The notes: generated by a model not told the origin, from the sequence alone. DNA of 64,000 nt from Candidatus Hydrogenedentota bacterium (GCA_035450225.1 DAOTMJ010000004.1:92578-156577); one strand, 5' to 3'; positions 38,973-49,135 are shown, counted from the stretch's first letter. Made by a program: numbers and translations.

Positions 38973-39833
38973 TCAGGCGTTGCTGGCGAGACCGAGGGTC
39001 TGGGCGAAACGGCGGAAGAAACCGCTGCGGGCGCGGTCGGCTTCGGCGCGTTGGCGGACCATCTTTCCAGCGAGGTCCTGAACGCATTTTGCCGCAGGCG
39101 ACGCCGGAAACGCGATGGTGAAGGGGGTGCTCTGCATGACGCTCTGGGTGACATGCGGATCGCGCAGGATATGGCCGAGGTACGACAACGTAAGGCCGAG
39201 GTATTGCCTTGCGACACGGGTTAGGTTCGTCATGACGGCGAGGGCCTGCTGTGGACTTGCGGCCATGTTGACGATAAGCCGGAACGAAGCATCCTCGCGG
39301 ATGCCGGCAATCGTTTTGATCGTGGCGTAGGCGTCCACGATGGCGGAAGGTTCCGGCGTTGTCACGAGCAGGATTTCGTCCGCGGCGGCGGCGAACCGCA
39401 CGGCGTTCTGGCCAATGCCCGCCATCGTGTCAATGATGACGAAATCGGCCATCTCCTGAAGATCATGGAGTCCGTCCAGCACGTTTTGCCGCGCGCGCGC
39501 GTTGAGATCGGCCAGTTTGGCGAGGCCGGAAGTGCCGGGGACTATCAGGATGTCCGCCGGGCCTTTCATAAGGATGTCGCGCATGGGTTTCTCGCCGTCA
39601 ATCACGTGCTGGAGGTTGTGGAACGAATTGAGGCCCATCAACACTTCGACGTTGGCAAGGCCGAGATCGGCGTCGAGCACGATGACCCGTTTGGCTTGCC
39701 GGGCGATGGCGATGGCGAGATTGACGCTCACCGTCGTCTTGCCAACGCCGCCCTTGCCGCTGGTCACGGCGAGTACGCGGGCCATGTTCTGGTGTTTTCG
39801 GACGAATTCACGCAGATTGTGCGCTTGATCCAC
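38973..39833 (-). CDS. flhG: Flagellar number/placement regulator FlhG (MinD/ParA-family ATPase)
   Basis: Deviant Walker A VTSGKGGVGKTT. Immediately downstream of flhF. Confidence 0.85.
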   Translation of the reverse strand: MDQAHNLREFVRKHQNMARVLAVTSGKGGVGKTTVSVNLAIAIARQAKRVIVLDADLGLANVEVLMGLNSFHNLQHVIDGEKPMRDILMKGPADILIVPGTSGLAKLADLNARARQNVLDGLHDLQEMADFVIIDTMAGIGQNAVRFAAAADEILLVTTPEPSAIVDAYATIKTIAGIREDASFRLIVNMAASPQQALAVMTNLTRVARQYLGLTLSYLGHILRDPHVTQSVMQSTPFTIAFPASPAAKCVQDLAGKMVRQRAEADRARSGFFRRFAQTLGLASNA

Positions 39834-41076
39834 GGCAGGAATCTCCTTCTTCGAGCAGCAGCCGCGCCACCTTGCCGGGCGTGGCGATCTCGATGTCGTC
39901 GGGCACGTTTTGTCCCGTGCTGAAATAACTCAGGGGCAGGCCGCTTTCGGCCGCCAAGTCGAACAGGGCGCCGAAGCGTCCCGTTTCGTCGAGCTTTGAA
40001 AAGAGCAGCGAGGAAGGCCGCAGGCAATTGAACCGCGCGGCGATGGCGCGCAGGTCGTCCGCGCAGGTTCCGGCGCTGAGCACGAGCATGACGTCGTCGG
40101 GCGGCGCGGCGTCGAATTCCGATTTCAACTCGCGGATCTGTTCCTCGTTGAACGGGCTGCTGCCGGCCGTGTCCACAAACACGAAATCATAGTCCGCGAA
40201 AGCTTCGAGCGCGATCAGGTATTCGCTGGCGTCGTTGGCGATGCGCATGGGCAATCCGGCAATGGTCGCGTACACGCGCAACTGTTCCGGCGCGGCGACG
40301 CGGTAGGTGTCGAGCGTGACGATGGCGACGCGCGCGCGGTCGCGGATGGCGAACAGTGCGGCGAGTTTCGCGAGGTTCGTCGTCTTTCCGACGCCTGTGG
40401 GGCCGATCAGCGCGACGACGCGCCGGGCCGCCCCCGCGCGCGCCAGGCCGTGTGTCACCAGCACGCGTTTTTGAATTTCCATGCGGAGCCGTTCGGTGAA
40501 GACGCGCGGATTGCGCAGGATCGATCGGTCGGCATTGCCCACGACCGCGTCCATCAGGGATGCCGCCAGCGTGCGTCCCATGCCGCTATCCACAAGCCGG
40601 CGGTAGTGCGGAATGAAATCGGACGGAAACTCCGTACAGGGTGTCTCGGCGACCAGCACCTGCAGCAGACGGCGCATCTCCTCGACTTCGCGCCGCAGAT
40701 CCGGCGGGGCTTGCTCCTTTTTGCCCGGCGGCCCGGCCGCGGTTTCCTGACGGGGCGTGGCGGCGGCGGCTCGTTGTTGCGCAAGCCGGCGGAAGAACGC
40801 GACGGTTTCGCGCATGGCCTCGTCGGAACCGGCGGCCGTTTGGTGCGCGGAGTACTTTTTTTCGGCCAGACTCTTCGGGCGTGCGAGGGGCTTGGCGGGC
40901 GGCGAGGCGGTCAGTTGAATCGCCTTGCGTCCGAACAGGCCGAACAGACCGCCCTCCCTTACTTCGGCCGTGTTCAGGACGATCGCGTCCTCGCCGAGTT
41001 GGCGGACCATCTGCCGGTAGGCGTCGTCGAAAGTGCCGGCGGTAAACGTGTGCAGTTTGCGTTCCATGTTATGCAC
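39808..41076 (-). CDS. flhF: Flagellar biosynthesis GTPase FlhF (SRP-type)
   Basis: SRP-GTPase motifs LIGPTGVGKTT and DTAGSSPFN, with a basic N-terminal domain. Confidence 0.85.
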   Translation of the reverse strand: MHNMERKLHTFTAGTFDDAYRQMVRQLGEDAIVLNTAEVREGGLFGLFGRKAIQLTASPPAKPLARPKSLAEKKYSAHQTAAGSDEAMRETVAFFRRLAQQRAAAATPRQETAAGPPGKKEQAPPDLRREVEEMRRLLQVLVAETPCTEFPSDFIPHYRRLVDSGMGRTLAASLMDAVVGNADRSILRNPRVFTERLRMEIQKRVLVTHGLARAGAARRVVALIGPTGVGKTTNLAKLAALFAIRDRARVAIVTLDTYRVAAPEQLRVYATIAGLPMRIANDASEYLIALEAFADYDFVFVDTAGSSPFNEEQIRELKSEFDAAPPDDVMLVLSAGTCADDLRAIAARFNCLRPSSLLFSKLDETGRFGALFDLAAESGLPLSYFSTGQNVPDDIEIATPGKVARLLLEEGDSCRGSSAQSA

Positions 41077-43147
41077 TCACTTGTCCCTCGCTCTGTACCT
41101 GCACTTCGGGATCGATTTCATTGTATGAAAGCACGACGATTTTCGGGATGCGCCGTTCGACCATGCGCCGGAAATACCGCCGCACCGGCGCGGATGTCAG
41201 CACCACCGGCTCATGTCCCACCAGCGTCAGCGGCTGCACGGCCTGCGCGGCATTGCGCGCTATGAGATCCGCGCGATTCGGCGCGATGGGCACGTATTCC
41301 CCGGTTTCGCCCTGCCGCACCGCGTCGAGGATCTCGCGCTCGACGGCGGGATCGAGCGTCACGACGTGCAACACGCGTCCTTCGTCGGCGTACTGTGCGG
41401 AAATTTCGCGGGCGAGCCGGTGCCGGCAATACTCGGTCAGGATGTCGAGATCCTTCGTGCGCGGGGCGTAATCGGCCAGCGTTTCCAGGATGGCTTCAAG
41501 ATTTCGGATGGACACGCGCTCGCGCAGGAGGTTGTGCAGTATTTTCTGCACTTCGCCGAGGGTCAGCAGATTCGGCAGCAATTCCTCGACCACGCTGGGA
41601 GACGTTTCCTTGAGATGCTTGATCAGGTTCTGCACATCTTCCCGGGTGAGCAGATCGCTTGCGTGCGCCGTGATGAGTTCCGTGAGATGCGTGGCCAGCA
41701 CGGCGGTCGGTTCGACGATGGTGTAGCCGAGACGCTCGGCCCGGTCGCGATGGGCACGGGCGACCCACGTGGCCTGCAGGCCGAACGCGGGTTCCTTCGT
41801 CGGAACCCCCTCGATCTCCTCTTCGGCAAGGCCGGGATTCATGGCCATGAAATGTTCGGGCAGCAATTCGTATCCGCCAATGATGGCCTCGCGCAGGCGC
41901 ACGCGATATTCGTTCGGACGTAGACGCATATTGTCCACAATTCGGATGACCGGCACGACGAACCCCAGTTTGGTGGCGATTTGCTGCCGGATGATCTGGA
42001 TGCGCGTGAGTAGATCGCCGCCCTGTTTCGGATCGGCAAGGGCAATCAGTCCGTAGCCCAGTTCGATCTTCAGCGGATCGATCGTCAACAAATCTTCCGT
42101 GCGGGGCTGTGCCTCTGCGCGTGTGGCTTCCTGATCGGCAAGTTCCTTGGAAAGTTGCGCGGCCTCGCGCGCCTTGAACGCCTCGTTCGCGCGATAGGCG
42201 CCCATCGCCAGCAAGCCGGCCACAATCATAAACGGCACTGTCGGCATGCCGGGCACAAGCCCGAAAATCGCGAGCATCGCCGCGGACACGCCCAGCGCGC
42301 GCGGGTATCGCGTCAATTGGCGCCCGAAGTCCACCCCCATGTTTTCCTCGGTCGCCGTGCGCGTCACGATGAGGCCCGCCGCGGTCGAAACGACCAGCGC
42401 GGGCACTTGTGTGACGAGGCCGTCGCCGATGGTCAGTTGCGTGTAGACGCGCAAGGCGTCGGTGACCGGCAGCCCGCGCATCAGCACGCCGATGATCAAT
42501 CCGCCGATGATGTTGACAATCGTGATGACCAACCCGGCAATGGCGTCGCCGCGGACGAATTTCGTCGCGCCGTCCATCGCCCCGTAAAAGTCCGCCTCGC
42601 GCTCGATCCCCTGCCGGCGCGCACGCGCCTGGGCCTCGGTGATGAGGCCCGCGTTCAGATCGGCGTCCACGCCCATCTGTTTGCCGGGCATGGCGTCCAA
42701 GGTAAAACGCGCGGCCACTTCCGAAATGCGCTGCGCGCCCCGCGTGATGACCACGAACTGGATCACCACAAGGATAAGGAAAATGACGGCTCCGACCACG
42801 AAACTGCCGCTCGTCACAAAACTTCCAAACGCATTGATCACGTTGCCCGCATAGCCGTTCGCGAGGATCAGGCGCGTCGAGGCCACATTCAGACTGAGGC
42901 GGAACAGCGTCAGGATCAACAGCATCGAGGGAAACACGGCGAATTCGACGGGGCGTTGCAGGTAGATGGTGGCGAGCAGGGTAACGACCGAAATCGAGAT
43001 GTTGACGGTCAGCAGGATGTCGAGCGCCCATGTCGGGATGGGAATGACCAGCACGACCAGAATGCCGATCACGCACACGGCCAGCGCGACATCCTGATTG
43101 TCCGCCAAATTCCACGGACGCTGCGTCTCGACTTGTCCTATCGCCAC
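41069..43147 (-). CDS. flhA: Flagellar biosynthesis protein FlhA
   Basis: FHIPEP family. 8-TM N-terminus plus conserved cytoplasmic domain. Begins with GTG, with GGAG 7 nt upstream. Confidence 0.9.
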   Translation of the reverse strand: MAIGQVETQRPWNLADNQDVALAVCVIGILVVLVIPIPTWALDILLTVNISISVVTLLATIYLQRPVEFAVFPSMLLILTLFRLSLNVASTRLILANGYAGNVINAFGSFVTSGSFVVGAVIFLILVVIQFVVITRGAQRISEVAARFTLDAMPGKQMGVDADLNAGLITEAQARARRQGIEREADFYGAMDGATKFVRGDAIAGLVITIVNIIGGLIIGVLMRGLPVTDALRVYTQLTIGDGLVTQVPALVVSTAAGLIVTRTATEENMGVDFGRQLTRYPRALGVSAAMLAIFGLVPGMPTVPFMIVAGLLAMGAYRANEAFKAREAAQLSKELADQEATRAEAQPRTEDLLTIDPLKIELGYGLIALADPKQGGDLLTRIQIIRQQIATKLGFVVPVIRIVDNMRLRPNEYRVRLREAIIGGYELLPEHFMAMNPGLAEEEIEGVPTKEPAFGLQATWVARAHRDRAERLGYTIVEPTAVLATHLTELITAHASDLLTREDVQNLIKHLKETSPSVVEELLPNLLTLGEVQKILHNLLRERVSIRNLEAILETLADYAPRTKDLDILTEYCRHRLAREISAQYADEGRVLHVVTLDPAVEREILDAVRQGETGEYVPIAPNRADLIARNAAQAVQPLTLVGHEPVVLTSAPVRRYFRRMVERRIPKIVVLSYNEIDPEVQVQSEGQVSA

Positions 43148-43173
43148 TCGCCCACTCCAAACGCCAAATTCCC

Positions 43174-43201
43174 AACTTCTAACTTCTAACTTCTAACTTC
43201 T
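43174..43201. repeat. Perfect tandem heptamer (AACTTCT)x4 in the flhB-flhA spacer
   Basis: The four copies abut the flhB stop codon. In mRNA sense this is (AGAAGUU)4 immediately upstream of the flhA SD. Confidence 0.9.
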
Positions 43202-43203
43202 TA

Positions 43204-44313
43204 TCATGCCGCCGCCTCGTTCCATTGCCGGTTCCGTTCGCGGATTTTCTCCGCCCGCCGGTCAATGCGATACACATAGGCCAGCACCTCGGCCACCGCG
43301 CGGAACAGGTTTTCCGGCACGGGATGGCCCACCTCGACCGTTCGGTATATTGTGCGCGCCAATTCGGGTTTTTGCACGATGGGCACATCGTTTGCCATGG
43401 CGATTTCGCGGATGCGTTCGGCCAGGATCCGCGCGCCTTTCGCCACGACGACCGGCGCGGCCATCTCCGCCGCGTCGTACCGCAGCGCAACCGCAAACCG
43501 CGTCGGATTGGTTACGATCACGTCCGCCTTCGGCACTTCGGCCATCATCCGCTGCATCGCGATGCGTCGCTGGATCTGCCGGATACGCTGTTTGATGCGT
43601 GGATCGCCCTCGTATTCCTTCAATTCTTCACGGGCTTCCTGCGTGGTCATCATGAGGTTGCGTTCACGCTGCCAATACTGAAACCCGTAGTCGAGAATGC
43701 CAAGGACCAGCAGGGCAAGGGCGATCCGCCACCAGAGCGTGGCGATCATCGCGCCCACCACCGGCAGCAGCGCGAGCGGCGTTAGCCCCATCAGGTTCAC
43801 ATAATCGTCCAGATGTCCCTGCACCGTAATCCAGGTGATGTACAGCGCCAGCCCCACCTTGAGAAGCGACTTGACGAGTTCGGCCAACGATCGCAGTGAA
43901 AAATAATTCGACAGGCCCTTGATTGGATTCAGTTTCGACAATTTCGGCGTCATCGGCTTCGTCGTGTACAGAAATCCCACCTGAAGCACACTGGCGGACA
44001 CGCCGGCCACGAGCATCACCAGCATGAAAGGCAGTACGATCGGCGCGATCCACAGCGTCCCTTGGAGGGCCAGGCTTTGCACGGACTGGACGCCGGGGTC
44101 AAGCGACGCCGCGTGGTCGAAATAGTAACGGGTCGCGGCGACGAGCCGCTCGAACATCGGCGCGCCCAGAAAACGCAGCGCCGCCACCGCCGCCAGCAAG
44201 GCGACCGCGGCCGACAAATCCTGGCTGCGCGCGATATTGCCTTCCTCGCGTGCGCGCGTCCGTTTTTGCGGGGACGCGGGTAACGTCTTTTCGCCGCCCG
44301 ATTGCTCCGCCAT
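43204..44313 (-). CDS. flhB: Flagellar biosynthesis protein FlhB
   Basis: Type III export switch protein layout. The NPTH autocleavage region is present as NPTRFAVAL. Confidence 0.9.
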   Translation of the reverse strand: MAEQSGGEKTLPASPQKRTRAREEGNIARSQDLSAAVALLAAVAALRFLGAPMFERLVAATRYYFDHAASLDPGVQSVQSLALQGTLWIAPIVLPFMLVMLVAGVSASVLQVGFLYTTKPMTPKLSKLNPIKGLSNYFSLRSLAELVKSLLKVGLALYITWITVQGHLDDYVNLMGLTPLALLPVVGAMIATLWWRIALALLVLGILDYGFQYWQRERNLMMTTQEAREELKEYEGDPRIKQRIRQIQRRIAMQRMMAEVPKADVIVTNPTRFAVALRYDAAEMAAPVVVAKGARILAERIREIAMANDVPIVQKPELARTIYRTVEVGHPVPENLFRAVAEVLAYVYRIDRRAEKIRERNRQWNEAAA

Positions 44314-44316
44314 TGC

Positions 44317-45093
44317 CTAGGGCCTCATGCCTTGAATTACCGTAGAAACATTGCTGAACATCTCGCCGTACATTCCGTCCAGAAAACCGATGTACAGTTC
44401 CAGCGAAACCGCGACGACCACAAGGCTCAGCGCGATCGTCACGGGAAATCCCACCACGAACAACTGGATCTGCGGCACCACGCGGCCGACCAGTCCCATC
44501 ACGACATAGGCCACCAACATCGCCGCGCCCACCGGCGCCGCGATCATCAGGCCGTCGTAAAACATCGCGCGGCCCCATTGGCTCACTTCCCATATCAGTT
44601 TCGGACGCAGCACGAAACCGCCCAGCGGGATTTGATCGTAGGTCGAGGCCAGCGCGCGCAACATCAGGTGATGCCCGTTCGTCGCGAGCAACACCAGCAC
44701 CGCCACGATGAACAGAAAGAAACCGAAGATCGGAAACTGCGTTTCGAGCGCGGGATTGAACACGTTCATCATGCCGAATCCCGTCTGCATATCCATGATT
44801 TGTCCGGCCACTTGGATCGAACCGAACACAATCGTCATCACGAATCCCATCAACAGCCCTATCAGGAACTCGCCCGCCCCAACCAGCGCGAACGCCAGCG
44901 GATCGTCCGGGATGGCCATGTGCAGCGGCGCCAACGTCGGGGCGATAAGCGCCGCCGTGAGCCCGACAAGACCGATCTTTCCCATCGCCGGGAAATTCGC
45001 CGAACCGAGCACCGGCGCCGACACAATCAATCCGCTCACCCGCGCCATCACCAGGATGAACAGCTTGACGATCTCCACCTCATAAACAATCAA
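44317..45093 (-). CDS. fliR: Flagellar biosynthesis protein FliR
   Basis: 6-TM FliR/EscT family pattern. Adjacent to flhB. Confidence 0.9.
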   Translation of the reverse strand: MIVYEVEIVKLFILVMARVSGLIVSAPVLGSANFPAMGKIGLVGLTAALIAPTLAPLHMAIPDDPLAFALVGAGEFLIGLLMGFVMTIVFGSIQVAGQIMDMQTGFGMMNVFNPALETQFPIFGFFLFIVAVLVLLATNGHHLMLRALASTYDQIPLGGFVLRPKLIWEVSQWGRAMFYDGLMIAAPVGAAMLVAYVVMGLVGRVVPQIQLFVVGFPVTIALSLVVVAVSLELYIGFLDGMYGEMFSNVSTVIQGMRP

Positions 45094-45166
45094 GGGCCTT
45101 CCTCGAAACGACGGACTGCGCTCCGCGGGGATGAATCAGGCGCGGACGCACAGGCCTTTCTCTTTG

Positions 45167-45436
45167 TTACTGAACCAGCTTGTCGAATCCGCCGAACAAC
45201 GGCTCGACAAAATCCAACAACACCGAAACCATCCAGGGAAGAAACACGACGAAAGCCACCATGACCGCCACGATCTTCGGCACGAACGTCAAGGTGATTT
45301 CCTGGATTTGCGTCACCGACTGGAACACGCTGATGATCAACCCGACCAGCATCCCCGACAGCAGCATCGGAGCCGATGCCAGCAAAGTCACCACCATGGC
45401 ATCGCGACTCAAAAAGAAGATGTCGTCAAGAGTCAT
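45167..45436 (-). CDS. fliQ: Flagellar biosynthesis protein FliQ
   Basis: 89-aa two-TM protein MTLDDIFFLSRDAMVVTLLASAPMLLSGMLVGLIISVFQ… The track ORF was trimmed by 39 codons. Confidence 0.85.
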   Translation of the reverse strand: MTLDDIFFLSRDAMVVTLLASAPMLLSGMLVGLIISVFQSVTQIQEITLTFVPKIVAVMVAFVVFLPWMVSVLLDFVEPLFGGFDKLVQ

Positions 45437-45509
45437 AACTCGTTTCCATGAAATGGGATAGACACATTCCTCCAGTCGTTCACGGCCGACCCCATCACCA
45501 TTCGAGGCA

Positions 45510-45539
45510 AGAATACCACAATATGTTGCGGTTGTCAAT
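45510..45539 (-). promoter_or_regulatory. Sigma70-like promoter TTGACA-N18-TATTCT upstream of fliQ
   Basis: Perfect -35, a 4/6 -10, and an upstream A/T tract. About 70 nt upstream of the fliQ ATG. Confidence 0.3.
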
Positions 45540-45770
45540 CGAAAAAATAACAATTTGTTGATATTGAAAGCGATGGGCGCCGGAAAATTGTGTCAGTCCC
45601 TTGGTTGGCGCAAAACGTGGATGGCGGCTGTCTAAACCCACATTCGGCGAAGGACGCCAAAGGTTTCAGGCTTGTCCAACGCTTGAGCATGAAGCCCGCG
45701 TTCTGTCGCCAAAGCGGAGGTTGTCCCTGTACGAGGAATCAGGCGCCGCACATGAGGTAGACTAACGGGC

Positions 45771-47099
45771 ATGGGCTGGATCGAATTATTGATCATACTC
45801 GCGATGCTGGCGCTGAACAGTTTGTTTGCCGCCTACGAACTGGCGCTGGCATCGGTAAGCGTGGGACGCCTGAAACTGCTGGCCGAGCGCAAGCGCGCCG
45901 GGGCGGCCGCGGCGCTGGCCATGAAAGACCGCATGGAGGCGAGTCTCGCGGTCGTTCAAATCGGCATCACCGTTGTGGGGGCGATTGCCGCGGCCACGGG
46001 CGGGTCCGGCGCGGAAGAGGGCATCTCGCCGCATATCGAAGCGGCGCTGGGTCTTTCGGCGGGGATCTCGGACGCCCTTGCCATCGCGATGGTGGTCGTG
46101 CCGCTTTCCGCGGCGACCATCATCTTCGGCGAACTGGTTCCGAAAACGGTCGGACTGCGCAACAACGAATGGGTATGCCTGAAACTCAGCCCGATCATGC
46201 GGGTGTTCGGAATGATGGTGTATCCGGCCATGGCCTTCTGCGAATGGGCCACGAAAGCGCTGGTGGGCGTTTTCGAGCGCAAAATGCCGCATGAAACGGC
46301 GTCACGGCACGAACTCGGTCTTGCGGAACTGCGGGCGCAGGCGCATATGCTGCGCACCGAGCGCGTCATCGGCTCGGAACAGGAACGCATTATTCTGGGC
46401 GCGAGCAAACTGACTCAGACGCGTATCGCCGACATCCTCGTCCATGCGCAGGATATCGCCCTACTCGACGCCGACGCGCCTCTCGAAGAACACTTCGTCA
46501 AGGTCCATCTCGAGGGCTATACGCGATTTCCCGTCACGGAACGGCCCGGCGATCCGCAGTCCATCATCGGTTATGTCAATCTCAAGGAAATCGTCTTTCT
46601 GGCCAAGGCCCATCCGGAAGCGCCGACGCTGCGGAGCATTCTGCGTCCCCTGATTGCCGTCGCCCCGGAAGCCTCCATCGGATATGCCTTCAGCCGGATG
46701 ATGTCCGAGCATGTTCACTTGGCCGTGGTGCGGGATTCGAAGGGCACTGTGCGTGGAATCGTCACGCTCGAAGACATCCTGGAAGAAATCGTCGGGGATA
46801 TTCAGGACGAATTCGATCGCTTGCCGCGCCATGTCGTGCCATCGGGCAGTTCTTGGGTCGTGGGCGGCGGCGTGAAGATGGAACGGCTTCGGGAGGTCTT
46901 TGCGGACCCGACCCTCGGCGAAGACACGCCGCCGGACACGCAATTTGCCGACTGGATCGCTTCCAGCGTACACGTCCCGCTGCGCGGCGGCGACGCACTG
47001 GCCGTCGCGTCCCTCAAAATCCTGGTGCGCAAAACACGGCGCCAGAAGATTTTCGAGGCGCTTGTCACGCCCGAAACAGACGGCCGCGCCGGGTTATAA
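45771..47099 (+). CDS. HlyC/CorC (CNNM) family transporter: DUF21 membrane domain, CBS pair, CorC_HlyC C-terminal domain
   Basis: MGWIELLIILAMLALNSLFAAYELALAS opening, CBS pair region, and C-terminal transporter-associated domain. Confidence 0.85.
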   Translation: MGWIELLIILAMLALNSLFAAYELALASVSVGRLKLLAERKRAGAAAALAMKDRMEASLAVVQIGITVVGAIAAATGGSGAEEGISPHIEAALGLSAGISDALAIAMVVVPLSAATIIFGELVPKTVGLRNNEWVCLKLSPIMRVFGMMVYPAMAFCEWATKALVGVFERKMPHETASRHELGLAELRAQAHMLRTERVIGSEQERIILGASKLTQTRIADILVHAQDIALLDADAPLEEHFVKVHLEGYTRFPVTERPGDPQSIIGYVNLKEIVFLAKAHPEAPTLRSILRPLIAVAPEASIGYAFSRMMSEHVHLAVVRDSKGTVRGIVTLEDILEEIVGDIQDEFDRLPRHVVPSGSSWVVGGGVKMERLREVFADPTLGEDTPPDTQFADWIASSVHVPLRGGDALAVASLKILVRKTRRQKIFEALVTPETDGRAGL

Positions 47100-48359
47100 G
47101 TCGAATTCACCGCCTTTGGCCAGTTTGCGGCGAATGCGTTCGAGGCGTTGGCGGATGGCATGGGTTGCGGGATCATCCTCGTCAGCGCCCAAGAGGGCGA
47201 TGGCTTCCTCGCAGACCCGCCGTGCCTCGGGCAGATTGCGCGCGCGGTGTTCGTAATGCTTGGCAAGTTCAAGCCGCGGGAGCGGATCGAACGGAAATTC
47301 GCGCGCCATACGGTCCCACGCGCTTTCCATGCCCTCCCAGTCCTGCCGGCGCTTGCAGGCAAACGCCAGCATGGCCAGGCATTCGCGCCGCAGAACCGGG
47401 TCCGGCTCGCCGCACAACAATTGTTCCGCACGCGAAATAACGTTGTCGTAACGCCGCTGGCGAAAATGCAGGCGCACAACGGACAGGCGATCCTCGTCGT
47501 GGTCGAATCCTTCCCTGCCGGGCGCGGCCAGCCCCCGCGACAAGCGCGCCGTAAGCGCGGCCAGCGACAGGATGTCCATGCGGTGATGATAGAAGACGCG
47601 CTTGAGTTCACGCGCGTCCCGCGTGCGCAGGTAGTCGAACCAGATAAGCGGGATGTCCGCGCCGGGCACGTCGCCGCGGCGTTCGAGACCCAGCACCGCC
47701 CGTTCGATATTCCCCAGGCTGCAATCCTTGACGCGCAGTTTCCAGATACGCCGCACGGCATGGAGCAAATCGAAGTGCGGGATCCCGTCCAGCCGAAACG
47801 GGAGCCGGTGGGCGATGAACCGCGTGCGCAGCAGCGGCACGTCGAAACTCTTGCCGTTGAAGGTGACAATGGAAGTTCCGCGCGCGAACAGTGCCCCCAG
47901 GTAGCGCAACATCGGTTCTTCCTCGTCGAAATCGCGCATGAAGGTCTGTTCGAGACGGAACACGCCGTTGTCGAAGAAACCCGCGCCGACGAGAAACGGC
48001 ACCGTCCCCGTGCCCCCGGCCAATCCGGTCGTCTCGACATCGAGAAAGAGGGCCGTGGCCGGGTCGAAATCGTCCAAATCGGGATCGCACGCGCACAAGG
48101 CAACATGTTCGGGAATCGCTTCCAGCACGTCGCCGAGCGCAAGGCCGCCCTGTTGCGTTTCAGGCGGGAACTCGGTTACGACCCGATAGAAGCGGTCTTC
48201 TCCGTCCCCGACAACCTCGCCCGGCACAATGCGATCTATTTCGAAGTCGCCGCGCACGCGGCGTTCCTCGAGTTCGGCGCGCTTGCGTCCCCATTCGGCC
48301 CCGGTCATGAGGTCGTGCCTTGCAAGCAGTTCCTTGAGTTTGTCCTTGGTGTCCGGCAT
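47094..48359 (-). CDS. RNase H-like domain protein (YprB-like exonuclease fold) with C-terminal TPR-like region
   Basis: LFLDVETTGL and FNGKSFDVPLL motifs typical of the DnaQ/RNaseH-like_2 family. The 47148..48383 + ORF is its shadow. Confidence 0.6.
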   Translation of the reverse strand: MPDTKDKLKELLARHDLMTGAEWGRKRAELEERRVRGDFEIDRIVPGEVVGDGEDRFYRVVTEFPPETQQGGLALGDVLEAIPEHVALCACDPDLDDFDPATALFLDVETTGLAGGTGTVPFLVGAGFFDNGVFRLEQTFMRDFDEEEPMLRYLGALFARGTSIVTFNGKSFDVPLLRTRFIAHRLPFRLDGIPHFDLLHAVRRIWKLRVKDCSLGNIERAVLGLERRGDVPGADIPLIWFDYLRTRDARELKRVFYHHRMDILSLAALTARLSRGLAAPGREGFDHDEDRLSVVRLHFRQRRYDNVISRAEQLLCGEPDPVLRRECLAMLAFACKRRQDWEGMESAWDRMAREFPFDPLPRLELAKHYEHRARNLPEARRVCEEAIALLGADEDDPATHAIRQRLERIRRKLAKGGEFDL

Positions 48360-48379
48360 GGGCGCGGCGGCTTCGGGCG

Positions 48380-49135
48380 CTAGGAGGCGGAATGGATGAG
48401 GCCGGTCGGCGTCTGCCCGAGGTTCAGCGACGCCTCGACAGCCTCGATGAAGCGAACGACCGCCAGTTCGGCCAGCGTGGCATCTTTCTGTTCGAGGGCG
48501 TCAATCAGGCGCAGATACGCCTTCCGGCGTTGCTGGAAATCGGGCACGGACTGCACCACGAGACTGACCAGTTCCGCGCTGACCCGCTCGACCGATTTGA
48601 ACAGGGCCTGGCATACGCCGTTGCGGGTGGCCTCGACGCAGGCGCGGTAGATTTCCTGCGTGATTTCGGTTTGACGCTCCCGGTTGTCCCGTGACATTTC
48701 CCATTCCGCGAAGAGCCGCTTGATTGTGGCCAGTTCTTCATCCGTGCGCCGGACGGCCGCAAGGCGCACCACCAGCCGCATGAAATATCCGCGAAATTCC
48801 AGCACTTGCCGCAGGAAATCCACGTTCACCGAGCCGTCTTCGTTGCGCATGAGCGTGTCGAATATGCTGATCCCCCGCAGGAATTCGATGTCCTGGACAT
48901 ACACGCCCGACCCCTGCCAGCTTCGCACGGCGCCCATCGCCTCAAGGCGCTTGATCGCTTCGCGCACGACATTGCGGGCCACGCCGAACTGTACCGCCAA
49001 TTCACGTTCCGGCGGCAATTTGGATCCCGGTGGAAATTCCTTCTGAAGCAATTTCCGGGAAAGCTGGTTCGCTATTTCCTCCGAACTCGTCCGGACGTTT
49101 GGGATTTCCCGGTCGCCTTGAATGTTTCGTGCCAT
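48380..49135 (-). CDS. GntR family transcriptional regulator (FadR/FCD subfamily)
   Basis: Winged HTH LPPERELAVQFGVARNVVREAIKRLEAMGAV followed by an FCD-type helical domain. Confidence 0.85.
   Translation of the reverse strand: MARNIQGDREIPNVRTSSEEIANQLSRKLLQKEFPPGSKLPPERELAVQFGVARNVVREAIKRLEAMGAVRSWQGSGVYVQDIEFLRGISIFDTLMRNEDGSVNVDFLRQVLEFRGYFMRLVVRLAAVRRTDEELATIKRLFAEWEMSRDNRERQTEITQEIYRACVEATRNGVCQALFKSVERVSAELVSLVVQSVPDFQQRRKAYLRLIDALEQKDATLAELAVVRFIEAVEASLNLGQTPTGLIHSAS

Noticed and set aside
41496-43175. 559-aa minus ORF inside flhA
   Set aside because: Alternate frame of flhA with an extreme Arg/Gly/His bias. flhA itself is unambiguous.
47148-48383. 411-aa plus ORF
   Set aside because: Antisense to the RNase-H-like (YprB-like) gene. 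No motifs.
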